From Auanema rhodensis (taxonomy: Eukaryota; Animalia; Nematoda): a DNA stretch of 64,000 nt. Below the pieces are notes generated by a model. The model was not told the origin of the DNA, made no database searches, and was given only the letters and a program-made list of their open reading frames with translations. The position numbers and the translations under genes were made by a program. This document shows, piece by piece, positions 49,350 to 62,880 of the stretch; the stretch's first letter is position 1; every line of letters starts with the position of its first letter. The DNA lies in assembly GCA_964057225.1 (NCBI GenBank), contig OZ059894.1, positions 15,562,001 through 15,626,000 on the forward strand. Direction: 5' to 3'.

Positions 49350-51920
49350 ATGCGTTTACACACTTTCTTGTTCGTTTTATCCTCACAATGTGTACTAACC
49401 GGCTTTGCTTCAAAGAATAAGGTTGGAATTGGCGTAGTTTTAAATATTTTACTATAAATATTATATAGAATATAAATGATTTGGGCGATTTTAATCCTGA
49501 AGATATGAAGGATTTAGGTTATTTGCTTATAAATCTTTTTTTTTTATTTAGTTTATGACTTTAAGAAATTTTGCTTGAACCAATTGAAATGATGGAAAGT
49601 GCACGATCTCCATTGGATGAGCATAAATCACCTAAATCTAAAGGGTATTTGAATGTAATTCTATAATAAAAATAATTATTATTTTAGACAAATAAGCAAA
49701 ATGAGACAAGCTTATAGAGGTCGTATGATAAATAATATGCAAATGTTATCTATTTGTCAACAAAACTGTAGTAAAGGACTTGAAGAAACCTTTAATTCTA
49801 TGATTGAAAGCATGAGTCATGTTGAACGTTATAGAAGAATTTGCAAGTAATCGTCATGATAGTTAACAGGAAATCTTGATTTATTTTAGAAATTATAATG
49901 AATCATCTGCTTGTATTAACATGGACAAAAAGTGTGGAGATGAAGATAATACAATGTTTGAAGTTATAACTAGTGGATTAAGATATATGTGTGTTGATCA
50001 AGTTTTTGGTAAGCCTTGATATGATATGAAATATTTTATTTGAAAAATTATATTTTTAAGCTTTTAATGCAACAATTGATTGTATTGACAAACAATCTAG
50101 TCTTGTTCAGAATGGTAAGACTTTCATATAATTTTCAAAACCTTTATTATAATTTTAGAATGTGAAAGCCTCTGTAATACAAAAAATGTAATTATGAATT
50201 GGATCATGCGTTCATCTGTTGCTCAATCTATTCAAAGCAATATTCTTCTATCTGATTTTCATTTTTTTCTTTTATTTTTCAGATGGTATTTCCGCTGGAC
50301 TTACTGAAGGAGGTGCTTTAGCTGGCACTGATCTCAGTGGGGTTCTAAGTAATCTACAGATACCCCCAGAGTCTGAAGCATCGTTCATGAGTAACATGAA
50401 ATCGCTAGGAAAAGATATGTGTTCGTAAGTAGTATATTCTGTTTTCAATTAAAAAATTGAAACTAATTAAGAACTAGTACATGCATTCTGGACTGTGTTC
50501 GTTCCAAGTTTAATGCTCGATGTGAAGGCAGTGCTGGAACATTATTGTCTGAGGTTCTCGTTCGTCCAATTGCCACAACTCAAGAGAAAATGGCTATTAT
50601 AAGCCCAATTATGGGTTTGTTCTTCCCAGAAGAATGTAACTTCCTTCACAGGTTTTTTTCAACCACTCTTCAGTGACATTGTCTTGTAAAGCAATTGTTT
50701 TTTAGTGGGTATGATCTGTCAAAGCATCGAATTGATCCAACCTTACATGAAGAATTACGCAGAATGTACATTACGAAAGAAGTTGAGCGAAATATGGTTA
50801 GTGAATATTTCAGAATTTTCACTTTTTTACAAAAATGTTTATTAGAAAGACAAGAATGGAACTAATACAACTGTGCCATCATTCAAGTTGCCTAATTACC
50901 AAAAATCACCTTTCGACGGTGAAACTGATATTGGAGCATTAAGTACTATCATATGATTCATATCAGTTGAAAACAATTTTTCATTTAAGTTGATCAATTG
51001 TATGGACCAAGAGATCATACAATTGTAAGTGAAGTGTTACAAAAATCAATGAGAGATGAAGACTCACAAGAAGACTCTCTGGAAAAAAAAGAGCCACAAG
51101 AAGATTCCTTGAAAAAGAAAAACTTGCAGCAAGACTCTCTGAAACAGAAAAGCTTACAGCAAGACTCTTTGGAAAAGACTGACTTACAACAAGACTCTCG
51201 GAAACAGAAAACCTTGAAGCAACACTCTCTGGAAAAAAAAAACTTGCATCAAGATTCTCTGAAGCATAAAAGCTTACATCCACACTCCCTGAAAAAGAAA
51301 GACTTACAGCAAGACTTTCTGGAAAAGAATGACTTACAGCAAGACTCTCGGAAACAGAAAACGTTAAAGCAAGACTCTCTGGAAAAGGATGACTCACAGC
51401 AAGACTCTCTGGAAAAGGATGACTTACAGCAAGACTCTCTGGAGAACAAAGGCTCTCTAGAGAAGAAAGACTTGCACCAAGAATCCAAGGAACAGAAAAA
51501 GTTACAGCAAGAGTCCATGGAACAGGATGACTTCCCTGAAAACTTTTTAAAATCGAATAATGAAGGTCAAAATATCAATCAAAAACTTAATTAACTGTTT
51601 GCCCTTTCAGATCATGCATTGACTGATGATGAATCTGAGGAATTGGCAGAAGATTCAGGTGAAATGGCGACTGACGTGAAAATTACTCTTCAAGGTTCCG
51701 GAGAAGAAGGATCTGGAATCATCGAAAATTCTGAAGGTTCGGGTGTTGAAGAGGACTGGATTCTCGAAGCAAACGCTCAAACTATATTCCATGCACATGC
51801 CATTGCTGGAGAAGCTGTGTCATTCGTTCATACTCCATCAGAAAATGGTATTTTTGAATATTTTTTCCCTCTAACAATTTATATTTTTTAGGAAACATGA
51901 TTTGTCAATTAATGAACTAA
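49350..51920 (+). CDS. cpg-4: Chondroitin proteoglycan 4-like protein (CPG4 domain)
   Basis: Signal peptide; Cys-rich domain ICQQNCSKGL...RICKNYNESSACI...FEVITSGLRYMCVDQVFAFNATIDCID...CILDCVRSKFNARCEGSAGTLLSEVLVRP; acidic Ser-Gly sites GSGEEGSG and EGSG near the C-terminus. Confidence 0.85.
51055..51535 (+). repeat. Coding 30-bp tandem repeat (QQDSLEKKDL)
   Basis: About 15 degenerate copies of gacttacagcaagactctctggaaaagaaa. Confidence 0.92.
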
Positions 51921-53269
51921 AGGAAATTTACAAAAGATTAGCATAACGTTATGTACTCATATACTTGTATATACTATATAAGTTTTTTTTTCTTCATAAT
52001 AAATAATAATTTTTCCTAATTAGCTGCCCATTTTTCTTGATTTTTTGAGAAAAAACATGTTTTAATTGGATTTATTTGATGTTATGTAGTTCTCTAGAAG
52101 TTTGTGTTGTGACTGCATCTGATGATCGGCGATTCATTGTATCAGGCAGCCATCTTGTTGATTCGCTTAAGAAATAATTCAACAACTAGAGAAGATTACT
52201 AAGATGATGAACAAAGAAGAATACGTTGGTGGAAGATAATGATGAAGATGAACAGCATCTCCTACTGTCCGTATTAGGTAATGAAAATGATGACGACACA
52301 TGAGAAGGTAGTTGAGCGGAGGAAGGATGTGGAGAGATGGGTTAGGTGAAGGAACTTTACGGGTATTTTGCCCCCATTTTTAAAGAACATGTCTGACTAT
52401 TGAATAGCAATGATTGTTGACAAATTTATACAGGCTGAAAAGGTGTAGATTATCAATATCTCATTCATGCTTTGACTTTTCATGTACGTAGAGGGGATTA
52501 TAATGGAAGTTTTATTGCGCAATGATCTTATGCTTCAGATGGTAGTACTAACCTGCGCTCTATAGGCTGGTTAGGTCATGTTTTTAGGACGAAGAGGTTG
52601 CAGACATGCTGAAAGTTTTTCCATGATCACAGCAACGACCTTGCTACTACTGAACACAAGCATGACATTAAGGAGGCGTAGTTAGAAGGTTTCTCAGAGG
52701 GAAGCGAAGAGAAGGGGATTGCATGAAGACAAGAAGTTCTCATGTCGAAATTACGGCGGACCAAGTAATGATTGACCATAGCGAGAAGAAAAAGAGGAGC
52801 CGAAACGCCGTTTTGCTGATTCCTATCTGCCCGAGGCCATGACCACAAACTTCCCGCTCAGGTCCTACACTCTCCTTAACCTTTGTGATCTTTTTCAATC
52901 GTTCTTTTTCTTTTTTCGCTCATTTCGCCTGTTTTCCTCTTTGACTTCAATATCTTTCATACCTTTCGTTCCATACCACACAGAGTTTTCAGTTTCCTCT
53001 TAGTAATGTGCTCTGTTTCTGTCTAGGTTCGCCTTTGTCAAACTTTATCGGTTTCTTCAACTTTGCCGTCCCCGTTTACATGTATTATCTTAGTTAAATC
53101 TTTAGCCAAATTCGTCTTGAAATCCTTTATGAACCTCCCTTGTAGTTATTTTCTTTCATTTTGTCTTAGATTTGGTTGTTCGTTATTGTTTTAGTTTTAC
53201 CTAAATTTAACTTCTTATTTTTATTTATTTAATAATATTTTATCATAATAGTAAACATTTTAGTTTATA

Positions 53270-56200
53270 ATGACCAATGAACGTTGGAAAGATGAAGATT
53301 CAACTAGCTATAATACAGTTGATATCCAAAAAGAATATGAAGATCCTGAATATTTTTATGGTGGCATTGGAGTACCACCTAGTAATGCCAGCCACAGTGG
53401 AGCAAGAATAGTAAGTGTTTCTGATATATTATTCTTTGAACTTCCAACTTCAAGCTAAACATCTAGAAATCTCACGTTATTTTTGAATTTTACGTTTTTC
53501 ACGCGAATAGAATAGTTGAAGTGTTCGCTTTTTATTTTTCATTTCCCGTATGTCGTGATCGGTTGCTTATAATAACAGTGGACTTTTGTTTTTTTTTGCT
53601 TTTAACCGAATATCTTCAATTACATAAAACATTTTTTATAATTATATAGAGAATATCTAGTTCATTTTCATTAATTTTTATAATTATTTAATTTTCTTTT
53701 ATTGTTTCATATCTTACATACTACATACACATATTTGTGTTTATTTTATTTATTTTCTCTTCATATAACTAGAAGATATATGTGAAATGAAATGTTCGCA
53801 GAAATTGAATATAAAATAAATTCCCATAAATTCTTCAGCTTCACATCTGCGGTTACAGAGCCTTTTGTATCTTTGTATCCTCGTCAGCTTAGCCAAACAG
53901 CATTAACAAGCAGGGTAAGTGGCTGCTCTTCGCACTTATACATCCCAGCTCTCATTCGCCTTTTATGTATCCTTTCGCACATCGTCATCTCATCATTTGA
54001 CCTTCTTGTCCTTTGCTTTCTAGCATTCTGCTGAGTTTCTATTGAGATAATAGCAACAACTATTTTTTTTGCTCAATATCATGATAATATGTTTGTCTGA
54101 GCTTAACTAGTGGTAATAACTATGGTATTCCTTATGGTCAACAATCCACCAATTATTCCACTTCATGATCCGGTAAGAATCGTATTTTCTATAAAGTTCA
54201 TTTTCATTCAAACTATTGTGTGGACATCCATATGAAGAAGGGTCAAATTATCAAGTTATCTTTTGATCATATCAGCTTCTGGTTTCATTCTCTCCTTTTC
54301 GCCATATTTTCACAACTTTCTCTTCATTTTCTAAGCCGTTCATTCATCACCCTTAGTTTCATGAATGTCCATATCATTCGGGTGTTCGTTCTTCAATACA
54401 CGTTTTCTTGAAATAGTCAGTAGGCGTTTAGATAGATCACACTGCATATGGCTGCCATTCGCAGGCGTTAATTTGAGCAATTCGATGTTTGTTGCTGCTA
54501 CAACACTTTTTTTTATTCATTTCAAGATTTTTTTCTCACAATAAATGCGCTTTTGCTTTATCATTTTGTAGCAATCATCAATTATTCTTTAATTATATCA
54601 ACAATAATTATTTTATTGAATTTCTAATGATTCATGTAATTCATTCTCATACTTATTTTCGCACTACTTATCTATATGACCTATAAAAAAAGAAATTTGC
54701 AACGTCAAATTCTTCATTCTTCAATACGAAGCAACCTTGGCTCGTTTTCTGAGACAAATAAAGAATACTTTGATAGTCATTTCAATGGATAATAGTCTAT
54801 TCTTTCATTTTAAACTTCAACATTAATCTCTGCCATATCCAATAAATGAGCATATTACTGTGAAATATTCAGTTTCAGAAGTTAAAGAGAAAAATAAGAT
54901 TTTAAAGTCCAGCATACGTCAGGTTGCACATAATTGGAGAGAATGATTATAAAAGAAATTAAAGTCAAAATAACATTTTTGATGAGCATTTACGTTTAAT
55001 TTTTTTTATAGGTTTTATCTTCTCCTCCACCTCATCCTCCACCTCTTCGACAACCAACGCACATAGCTATTACAAATACAAAAAAGGTAAAACCTAATGA
55101 AACTTGCATTTACTCAAAATTCTAATTGACAACTTAAGACGCTTAGAGGGATTTTTTTTGATTTGTTTTCTTCTTTTAATCAGTAACAAGGTCATTTGAA
55201 GAAATTGATAAAATTACCGAAATTGCATTCTTAAATTCCGTTTCTTTTTTCGAAAATGCCTTTCAAAATTGATTCAGAATCATCGGGAGAGTTATTTTTT
55301 TTCAGAAGGCAAGTCCTAGATGGCGTCTCATCTGCACATTTGCTGTACTGATCTTCATTTGTATCGCTTTGATCACATCTCTTGTGGTTTTCTTAACCAT
55401 TGGAGCTAATAACAGCGGCTTGTTCACGCAGCAAAAACCTGTTTATGCTGTAAGTTGCTTGTTGAGACGACCCAGCCACCGTTATTAGAACACCAGCTGA
55501 ACTCGAGAACTATTGTTCCACAGATATGCCTTCAGATGAAAGACATTTTGCAGGAGCGAAGCGATACATCATTCCCACTTCTTGGATCGGATACAACTAA
55601 ACGAACAGATTTCGATGTAACACCTAACCATTTATTGACTCTTATGATTACTAAGAGAAAGCTGTGTATTTTTGAAGCTGGTAATGGCGATGCTAGTCAT
55701 AGCTTGTAAGAAAAATATTCAAGTTGTCTATATATTATGTATATGTAAATGTTTTAAGAGCCGCATACGAACAGGATCACATTGAGTCTGCCCGTCTTTT
55801 GTTTCATTCAAATTTGAGTCATAATGGAGTACCAGTTCATCCACTCCAATTTCAAAGGTTTTATCCTACTTATCATCATATTTATAACCTAACCATCAAG
55901 ATATGCTCGTTCTCTCGGAGTAGACAATGATTGTCATGTTGTGATATATGATCGTGGCCAAGTTATCTGGAGCACCTATGCTGCCTGGGTATTCAAGGTA
56001 GTTTCCTATAATATCTTAACGTATTTCGTATAATATTACTCAGCTGTTTGGACATCCTCGAGTATCTCTTCTCAGTGGAGGGTATTTAGCTTGGAAAACT
56101 CAACAAGGTCGATCACATCAATATAAAACAGAATCTAGTATTCCTCGAAGGAGGCGTCAAGGTATCAGATATCGGACTTGGAGTTATATCAACGTTTTTC

Positions 56201-56720
56201 CATTAAGGTGACTTTCTTTCCTCGTGGAATGATTCTTTGATAATCACATTCGATGATGTATTCTTGAATACTGAATCGGGCGGATACGATTTAGTTGATG
56301 CTCAGACAAAAGAGGTAAAACTACTTTTAATTCTTAAAACTTTGAGCATTTATTTTCATTTATAGGAGTATCATGGTATAGCCACAGGAGCTTTATATGG
56401 TCACATCAGAGGAGCAATTAATGTTCCTGTTGATACTGTATATGATTGGGGCACCGGCCAATGGTTAAACGCTCCAGATTTGTTCACAGTTTTTCAAAAT
56501 GCTGGTCTATCTAAGAATCGTCCAGTGGTAAATATCTCTTCAACATTATGATTATGAACGTACATAATTTCAGATTGTTTATTGCTCTACCTCACTTCGA
56601 TCATCAATGATCTGGTGGGCATTATCAAGAGCAGGTTTTGAAGCTAGGATATACTTCGGAGGTTGGCCTGAATGGGTGGTGCGAGCTCCAGATTCTTTGA
56701 AAGTTCTCAATAATTCGTAA
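53270..56720 (+). CDS. Tandem-domain rhodanese/sulfurtransferase (MPST/TST family) with N-terminal membrane anchor
   Basis: AYEQDHIESARL, SLGVDNDCHVVIYD, FGHPRVSLLSGGYLAWK, LVDAQTKEEYHG, GHIRGAINVP, active loop VYCSTSLRS and IYFGGWPEW. TM helix WRLICTFAVLIFICIALITSLVVFLTIG. Alternative first exon at 54122-54172. Confidence 0.9.
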
Positions 56721-56957
56721 TATTCTTATACAACAGATATTGGAGATAATTTGTTCTATTTTTTTAATATTATTCCATTTGTTTTTAATTCATTCTATGA
56801 CGTTTCCATATTAGTCTCTTGCTCCCCCAGTGTATATAATACGGGTAATATATAATAAAATATTATATCAATAGTAAAGAAGATCGACAAGCAAAATAGA
56901 TTTAAGAAAGAAGACGTAACAAAGACCAACAACCAACAAAAATTATCTTTGACTCAA

Positions 56958-57984
56958 TTATTCTCTAACAGTAAGAATACCGGGAATACTGCGCAAGACA
57001 GGAGCAACATCTGCAATTGGGATTTTTGTATCAAGTAAAAACAGTCTCAACAAACCAGAGAATTGTAACTTTTCATCAATATTTCTTGTGCGGATAGTAG
57101 CATCATGGTTGGCAATGAAATAAACTCCACCATCCTTAGCTTCCCAACCAAATTTCTTGGCATAGCTGGCAACTTCTTCATCTAAGAAAAAGAAATTTTC
57201 AATAGTTGCTTCATCTTATTTTACCAGGAGCTCCACCCAAAAGTCTGCTAAGAATAGCCTTTTCAACATTTTGGAAAGTTACGCTGATTACACGACAAGC
57301 ATCTATAAAAAAAACTTAGTAAGTGGGAAACATTTGAGGAAAACTTACAAATTCTGACAGCCTCTTCGAATCCGGGGATTTGTTTCACCATGCGAGGAAC
57401 TTCAAGAGGAACTTTGAAAGGCTCGTTAGCCTCAGAAGATGGTTTGTATTCTCCTTTCATCAATTTCCAGAATGTGGAGAAATTGCAGGCCTCTAAAACT
57501 GCTCCCAAGTCCAAGACTCGTTTGAGTTCCTGAAAAACAAATTGAGTATGAAAACACCTATTAATCTCACCTGAGATCCTAGTCTGTTGGTATCAATTAA
57601 GCATTTTGCAAGAGTGAAATCACTGCTAGGAAGGACCATTAAAGTTTTTTGCAGAACAAGACGAACAATAGATTCATCATACCTAAATGATATTCCTCAA
57701 AAAAAGCTTCCATTTATGAATTGCACTTATCAGGGTTAAGTTGGAACAATTTCAAGATAATAAGACAGATGTCCTTGTCATATTCATTTTCAGCAATCAT
57801 AGCTTGAACACAACGAGAAAGATCCCCAACATTTTCTGGATTGTATCTATAACATAAGTATAAATTCCCAAAATTGTTGGTAAAACAAAGGAAATTCGTC
57901 GAATAAATGCTATAAAACTTGATATTACCTGTTTACTCCTTGAATCTTCTCATGAAGTTCGGCGGACAATTGCTTGAAAACCAT
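56958..57984 (-). CDS. eif-3.K: Translation initiation factor eIF3 subunit K
   Basis: IQGVNRYNPENV, ILKLFQLNP, LPSSDFTLAKCLID, LEACNFSTFW, IPGFEEAVR, IRTRNIDEKLQF. Confidence 0.95.
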
Positions 57985-58300
57985 CTAAAAACTATTATTT
58001 ACAATAAAATTTAATCTGTACAATTTAAAATAACAAGAGAAAATAAAACTCTCAGATGAAATATCATTTTAAAAAAAAAATTTTTATTTAAACCCCGCCA
58101 TTTTATCACAGAAAAATGTAAGCACACTAGGTAAAAATCATCACAAAAAGTTACGTTAGGCACAGATTATTAACCATTATTATATACATTGCTGTCCCAT
58201 GTTAAGCTTTTTTTAATATAAATTATTAAAGCAAAAAATATAAATTATTATATGAAATAAATTATCCCCACTGTACATAACAAGATCCCTTAAAATAAAA

Positions 58301-61300
58301 TTAAAGAAGCTGTTTTCCCATTTCTTGTAAATCAGCTGGAAGAAGAGCTCTGAAATAACAAAAGAAAGTTTCAATTTTTAGAAAATGCTTAACCAACCTG
58401 AATAAATTATCAAACATTTTGAGAGCATTTGGTAGAGTACTTGGAATTGATCTAGATAGCCATACATGCTGGAATTGAGCCCTAATCTCGAGTAAGCTAA
58501 AATGAAAATATTAATCCTGTTATTCTTTGATATTCTTACCTATTAGCCAAATCAGTTCTAACAGTAAGTGGAAGATGAGCTACTCCAACTCTTCCAGGTG
58601 AATAAGGAATTCCTTCTTCAGAACTGCGCTTACGAGCTTGCTCAATATTGCCACCATGAGTACATAGTGATTGACCAAGTCTAGATATTGAAATATATAT
58701 AAAGCCAGAAAATCTGATCTAACCTGCTGGTGAGAACCATTAATTCAGTGACTAGTTTAATTTCGGCTAAAACTAAAGCAAGTTCGAAGTTATATGGCAA
58801 CAGTCTTCGAGCATTATCCAATGCTTGCAAACTACGTCTCAATTCGATCCTAGCTTTCTAAATTTTTCAAGTTGGATTTATTTCATATTTATTAACATAC
58901 CTTGAATATAATAGGAGTTAATCTCTCAAGATTGAGATTTTCTGGATTCAAAATCATCTCAACGAATACAGATATAGGCATCCTCTTGTTTGTTCCAAAG
59001 CCACTCACCTAAAGCATTTTTGGCGTAACTAAAATTTTAAACTGTTCGAATCACGTGAGAATCGCTAATATCTCCATTTTGCTGGGGTGACGAGGATGCC
59101 AATGGTTTCCACAGGCCATAAGCAAATCGAGTTAATTGATGTTCGACTCTTCCCAGTGTTAGCATTTGATCAAACAAACCCACCATATCTCTGTAATCGA
59201 TATTTCATACTCAAATAATGTAGATTCAACTACCCGTCCATGAGAAGATGATGTGCAGACACTGCCGGGAGAAGGAAAATGAACTTTTTCATGTCTGTAC
59301 TGCTATTCCAAGCAACTCCAACAGAAGCCAATAGCGAAATATATGAAAGTGAAGGAGGCATTGCTTCACAACCCGTGGAGAGATCACAAATCATTGAGCC
59401 TAGAATTGTTCCTCTCTCTCCCAGCTTTGCAGCAAGAAGAGCCTTCTTGGCCGTTGAGTCAGGAGCAGCACATAAATATCCATCATCACCAGTGGAAAAC
59501 TTAAGAACAAGCGAAACACGAGGTGAAAGAAGCTTCTCAGCTTCAAATGGGAAACATCCCTCAACACATAGAGTTACAAATGAAGGAAGAGCATTAATCT
59601 AAACGTGAAGAATCAGAAACTTATCGAATCTAATTAATATCTTACCCACGGTGCATTTCTTTCAGTCACTTCAATAGATAAGAAGATTCTTGGAACTCTT
59701 CTCTGTATGGCAGATAACACTTAAAACACAACAGTCACGGTATAGAAAAAATATAACTCACATTTTGTTTGAGTGATAAGAATGCTAGACAGATTTGGAC
59801 CAAAATGAACAGTTTTACATAAAGGAAAGTCATCCAAAAACTGTTCCATGATGGTACGAGCTCCTTCAGCTTCAAGATAATTAGATTGAGTATCTAAGGA
59901 AGGAACCATCTAAAATTGTACAATTTGAAAATATTTTAAAACCAAAAATAAACTTACGGTCACAAATAATTCATCACAAACTTGCATCATATGGAAAAGA
60001 TCTCTATTAGTATAAGGCAGTTGGTAGCGATCCGTAGTTCTGACTTCAAAATTCACGAACAAATAGTTGGCTTTACAGTGAGATAACCTGGTAGCCAGTT
60101 GAAGAAGCTAAAAACAAGCAGTTGACCTGAGGAACATATTAAATGTAAACTAACCGTCTCCGTATTCAAAACACGACATCCAGAAAAGTCTTGGAAAACA
60201 GCTCTGAAAGATCTATCTGGTTGATCTCTGATAGTCATTGCTTGTAACTCATTTCCTAAACCGAATTTAAGTAACTATTGATGTACATTGAATCATGATT
60301 TACCCATAGTAATTCCAGGTAATTCTATTCCGTTAAATGATGCATCGTTACTCATGATAGAGTTATTTAACTGTCCATTGCTACTGTTACCGCCAATAGA
60401 AACTTTACTAGTGTTGTTATTATCCGCTTCATGGCGTTGAGCAAATCTTCAAAACAAATATATAGAGGAGTCAATGATAGACACTAACTTATGGAGACGA
60501 ATAATTTGAACTAAAGTAGCAAATGCATAGCGAACACCAGCATAGTCGGAAGCCACAACTTCTATACCCTTAGCATCAATGGTTAATGCATATGCTCCTG
60601 ATGGTCTACCATCAGAATATATAGCACAAGTAACAGTTCCATCCAGAGGATTAGCGCAGTGATCAGCAGTCTGACAAAACAAAATAATATAGTAATGTGC
60701 ATAGTAGCATACCTTGTGCCCTCTGTATTCGAGGTCTAGACCCAGCGATGCAAGCAAAGGCGAACTGATTTGGATTGCTTGCATCATGCGACGGGGGCAG
60801 CAATCAGATGAATCATCAAAATAAATTTTCAATCTAAAAATGAGTTAAATATACTATTGTTAAAAATTGTTTGGATTACCTATTATCCTTGGGAAATGAA
60901 AACCCTTTAGCACCATTAGCAATTTTTATTAGACGAGGCTGAGGCCAGAGCAAATCTGTCCAAATTTCTGGTTTTCCGTCAGCATATTTCTCAAATCTGA
61001 ATACGACAAAAATTAAACAAGGTTATGAACGTATGCTAATACCTATCATTGAATAATTGAGTGTTGATTGTATCACAAGAAATCAAAGACAAACGATCGC
61101 ATTCAATACTTTCAACTGATTGACTTCTACGTACTTCCCGAGAAACCCTGAAAATTATATTCAAATAAGTTCAGAAGAAAAATAAAATTGACTCACTTTT
61201 CCATGCTTAGAAGTGGTAGTAAAGCACCTCCTTTAGCTGTTGCTATAGCAAACGCATCCTCACCCTTTAAATCAAAACTTGTTCAATTCGAAAAAATACA

Positions 61301-62630
61301 AAATGATACCTTGTTGGTCGTCTTACTAGGATCGGCTCCGGAGGATAATAGTTGTCTAACAATACCTTCATTAGATCTTTTAACTGCAGTATGCAAAGGA
61401 GTTTCTCCCTTTGCATTAGGCATGTCTATAGTAGCACCACTAACGCATAATGTTCTAAATTGCTTTGGTTAGCTTCAAAAATTTAAAAAAACAATAACCT
61501 GACTACTTCTACAGTAGAAAAATCAGCAGCCCAATTAAGGAGAGTATTTTTACTTTCTTTGGAATCCACAGAATCCACAGGTATACCACAAGAGATGAGT
61601 TGGCATACGCGAACAGAACTGAAACAGGTGTGATAATCATTTTCATTTTTATTGAAGAAACATTTCACATCGGTCTGTCTCGTTTAACCACTGAGCAGTT
61701 ATTTTGAAAATGGAAGAAAAAACTACCCCTCGTGTAAAACACTATCACCCATTGCAAGTTGCGAACGATACAAGCTTCAAAGATGACAATAGCTCACGGA
61801 GAATCAGTTTGAATAGTTAGTAGTTTCACATCTAGCCATTCCTCACTTTCATTCACAGAAGAGTTGCAACCTCCAACCGTTTCCCCTGGGCGACCCGGTC
61901 CATTTTTACAAGATAGGAGATCTGTCTACCCAAGTGATATGCAAGTAAGCATCAGAACTAATTTATATTAGTATATTATGCCTAATTTCAGGAGATGATG
62001 GCATCGGGTAATAAATGTAGTAAAGGATTGGCATACATGACACACATGAATCAAACAAAAGAACGTGATCCATTGAAGGTCTTTGTGAATGTATATGTTG
62101 AAAGTCATACTAGAATTTAAGTTTGCCTCGCTGGAAACTCCAAGCGAATCACCTCTCGTGCGTCGACAGAATAGCCACTCCGAAGCAAGTTCAAAAATTT
62201 AAAACATACTTTGACATTGTTACCGCCCTTAAAATTTCTTGAATAAAAGCGTTTCGAACATTATCAGAATGGCAAAGATGGTATGGTGTTTTCCCCTCTT
62301 CATTTTGAACACAAGGATTAGCTCCATTAGCCAACAAAGCAGTCACAATATCAACAATATCTAAAAACAACTTCACTGATTTCCGAACAAAAGTGATGAA
62401 ACATACCTTGTTCTACAGCTCGGTGCAATAAAGTTCCTTCCTTACAACATGGTGAATCAACGTGATCATGAAAATCGGGTTTTTCTTCTATAATGATAGA
62501 CTGATTATACATTAGTAGAATTTTTTATACTCAGTTGAGATAATATTGAACAAAGAACATCAACTCTCCCATTGTCAATACATTTCAGAAGGAGATCCGA
62601 AGCTTTCTCCCCTTCAGCTTCAGCACCCAT
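58301..62630 (-). CDS. Ankyrin-repeat protein with a C-terminal GH20 hexosaminidase-like fold (probable pseudoenzyme)
   Basis: Ankyrin motifs TLLHRAVEQ, GKTPYHL, NTLLNWAADF and GETPLHTAVK. Then LLWPQPRLI, GAYALTIDAKGIEVVASDYAGVRYAFATLVQI (GH20 domain 2) and IRDQPDRSFRAVFQDFSGCR (start of the GH20 barrel). No signal peptide. Confidence 0.85.
61710..62202 (+). CDS. Nested antisense gene, 119-aa uncharacterised protein (4 exons)
   Basis: Exons 61710-61815, 61859-61944, 61992-62078 and 62122-62202 are joined by GT-AG introns of 43, 47 and 43 nt into an uninterrupted ORF. It lies wholly within host intron 61619-62209. Confidence 0.82.
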
Positions 62631-62880
62631 AATGTTCCTAAAAATAAAATGAAACCAGTAAGCAAGTGAAAGAATGAATTTAATTTTTTTTAATAGAAGA
62701 AGCAAGCATATGAATTTATGAATTTATATAATGTTCGAAGCCAACTGTTAAATACCAACAAGTTTAATGAAAGAACGTTGTAAACAGAGTGCGTGTTAGG
62801 TGTTTCTTCGTGCTTTTGTAGGAATTAAATGAATTTTTTATAATTTTATTGCAATATTAATTTATATAAATTATTTGAAA

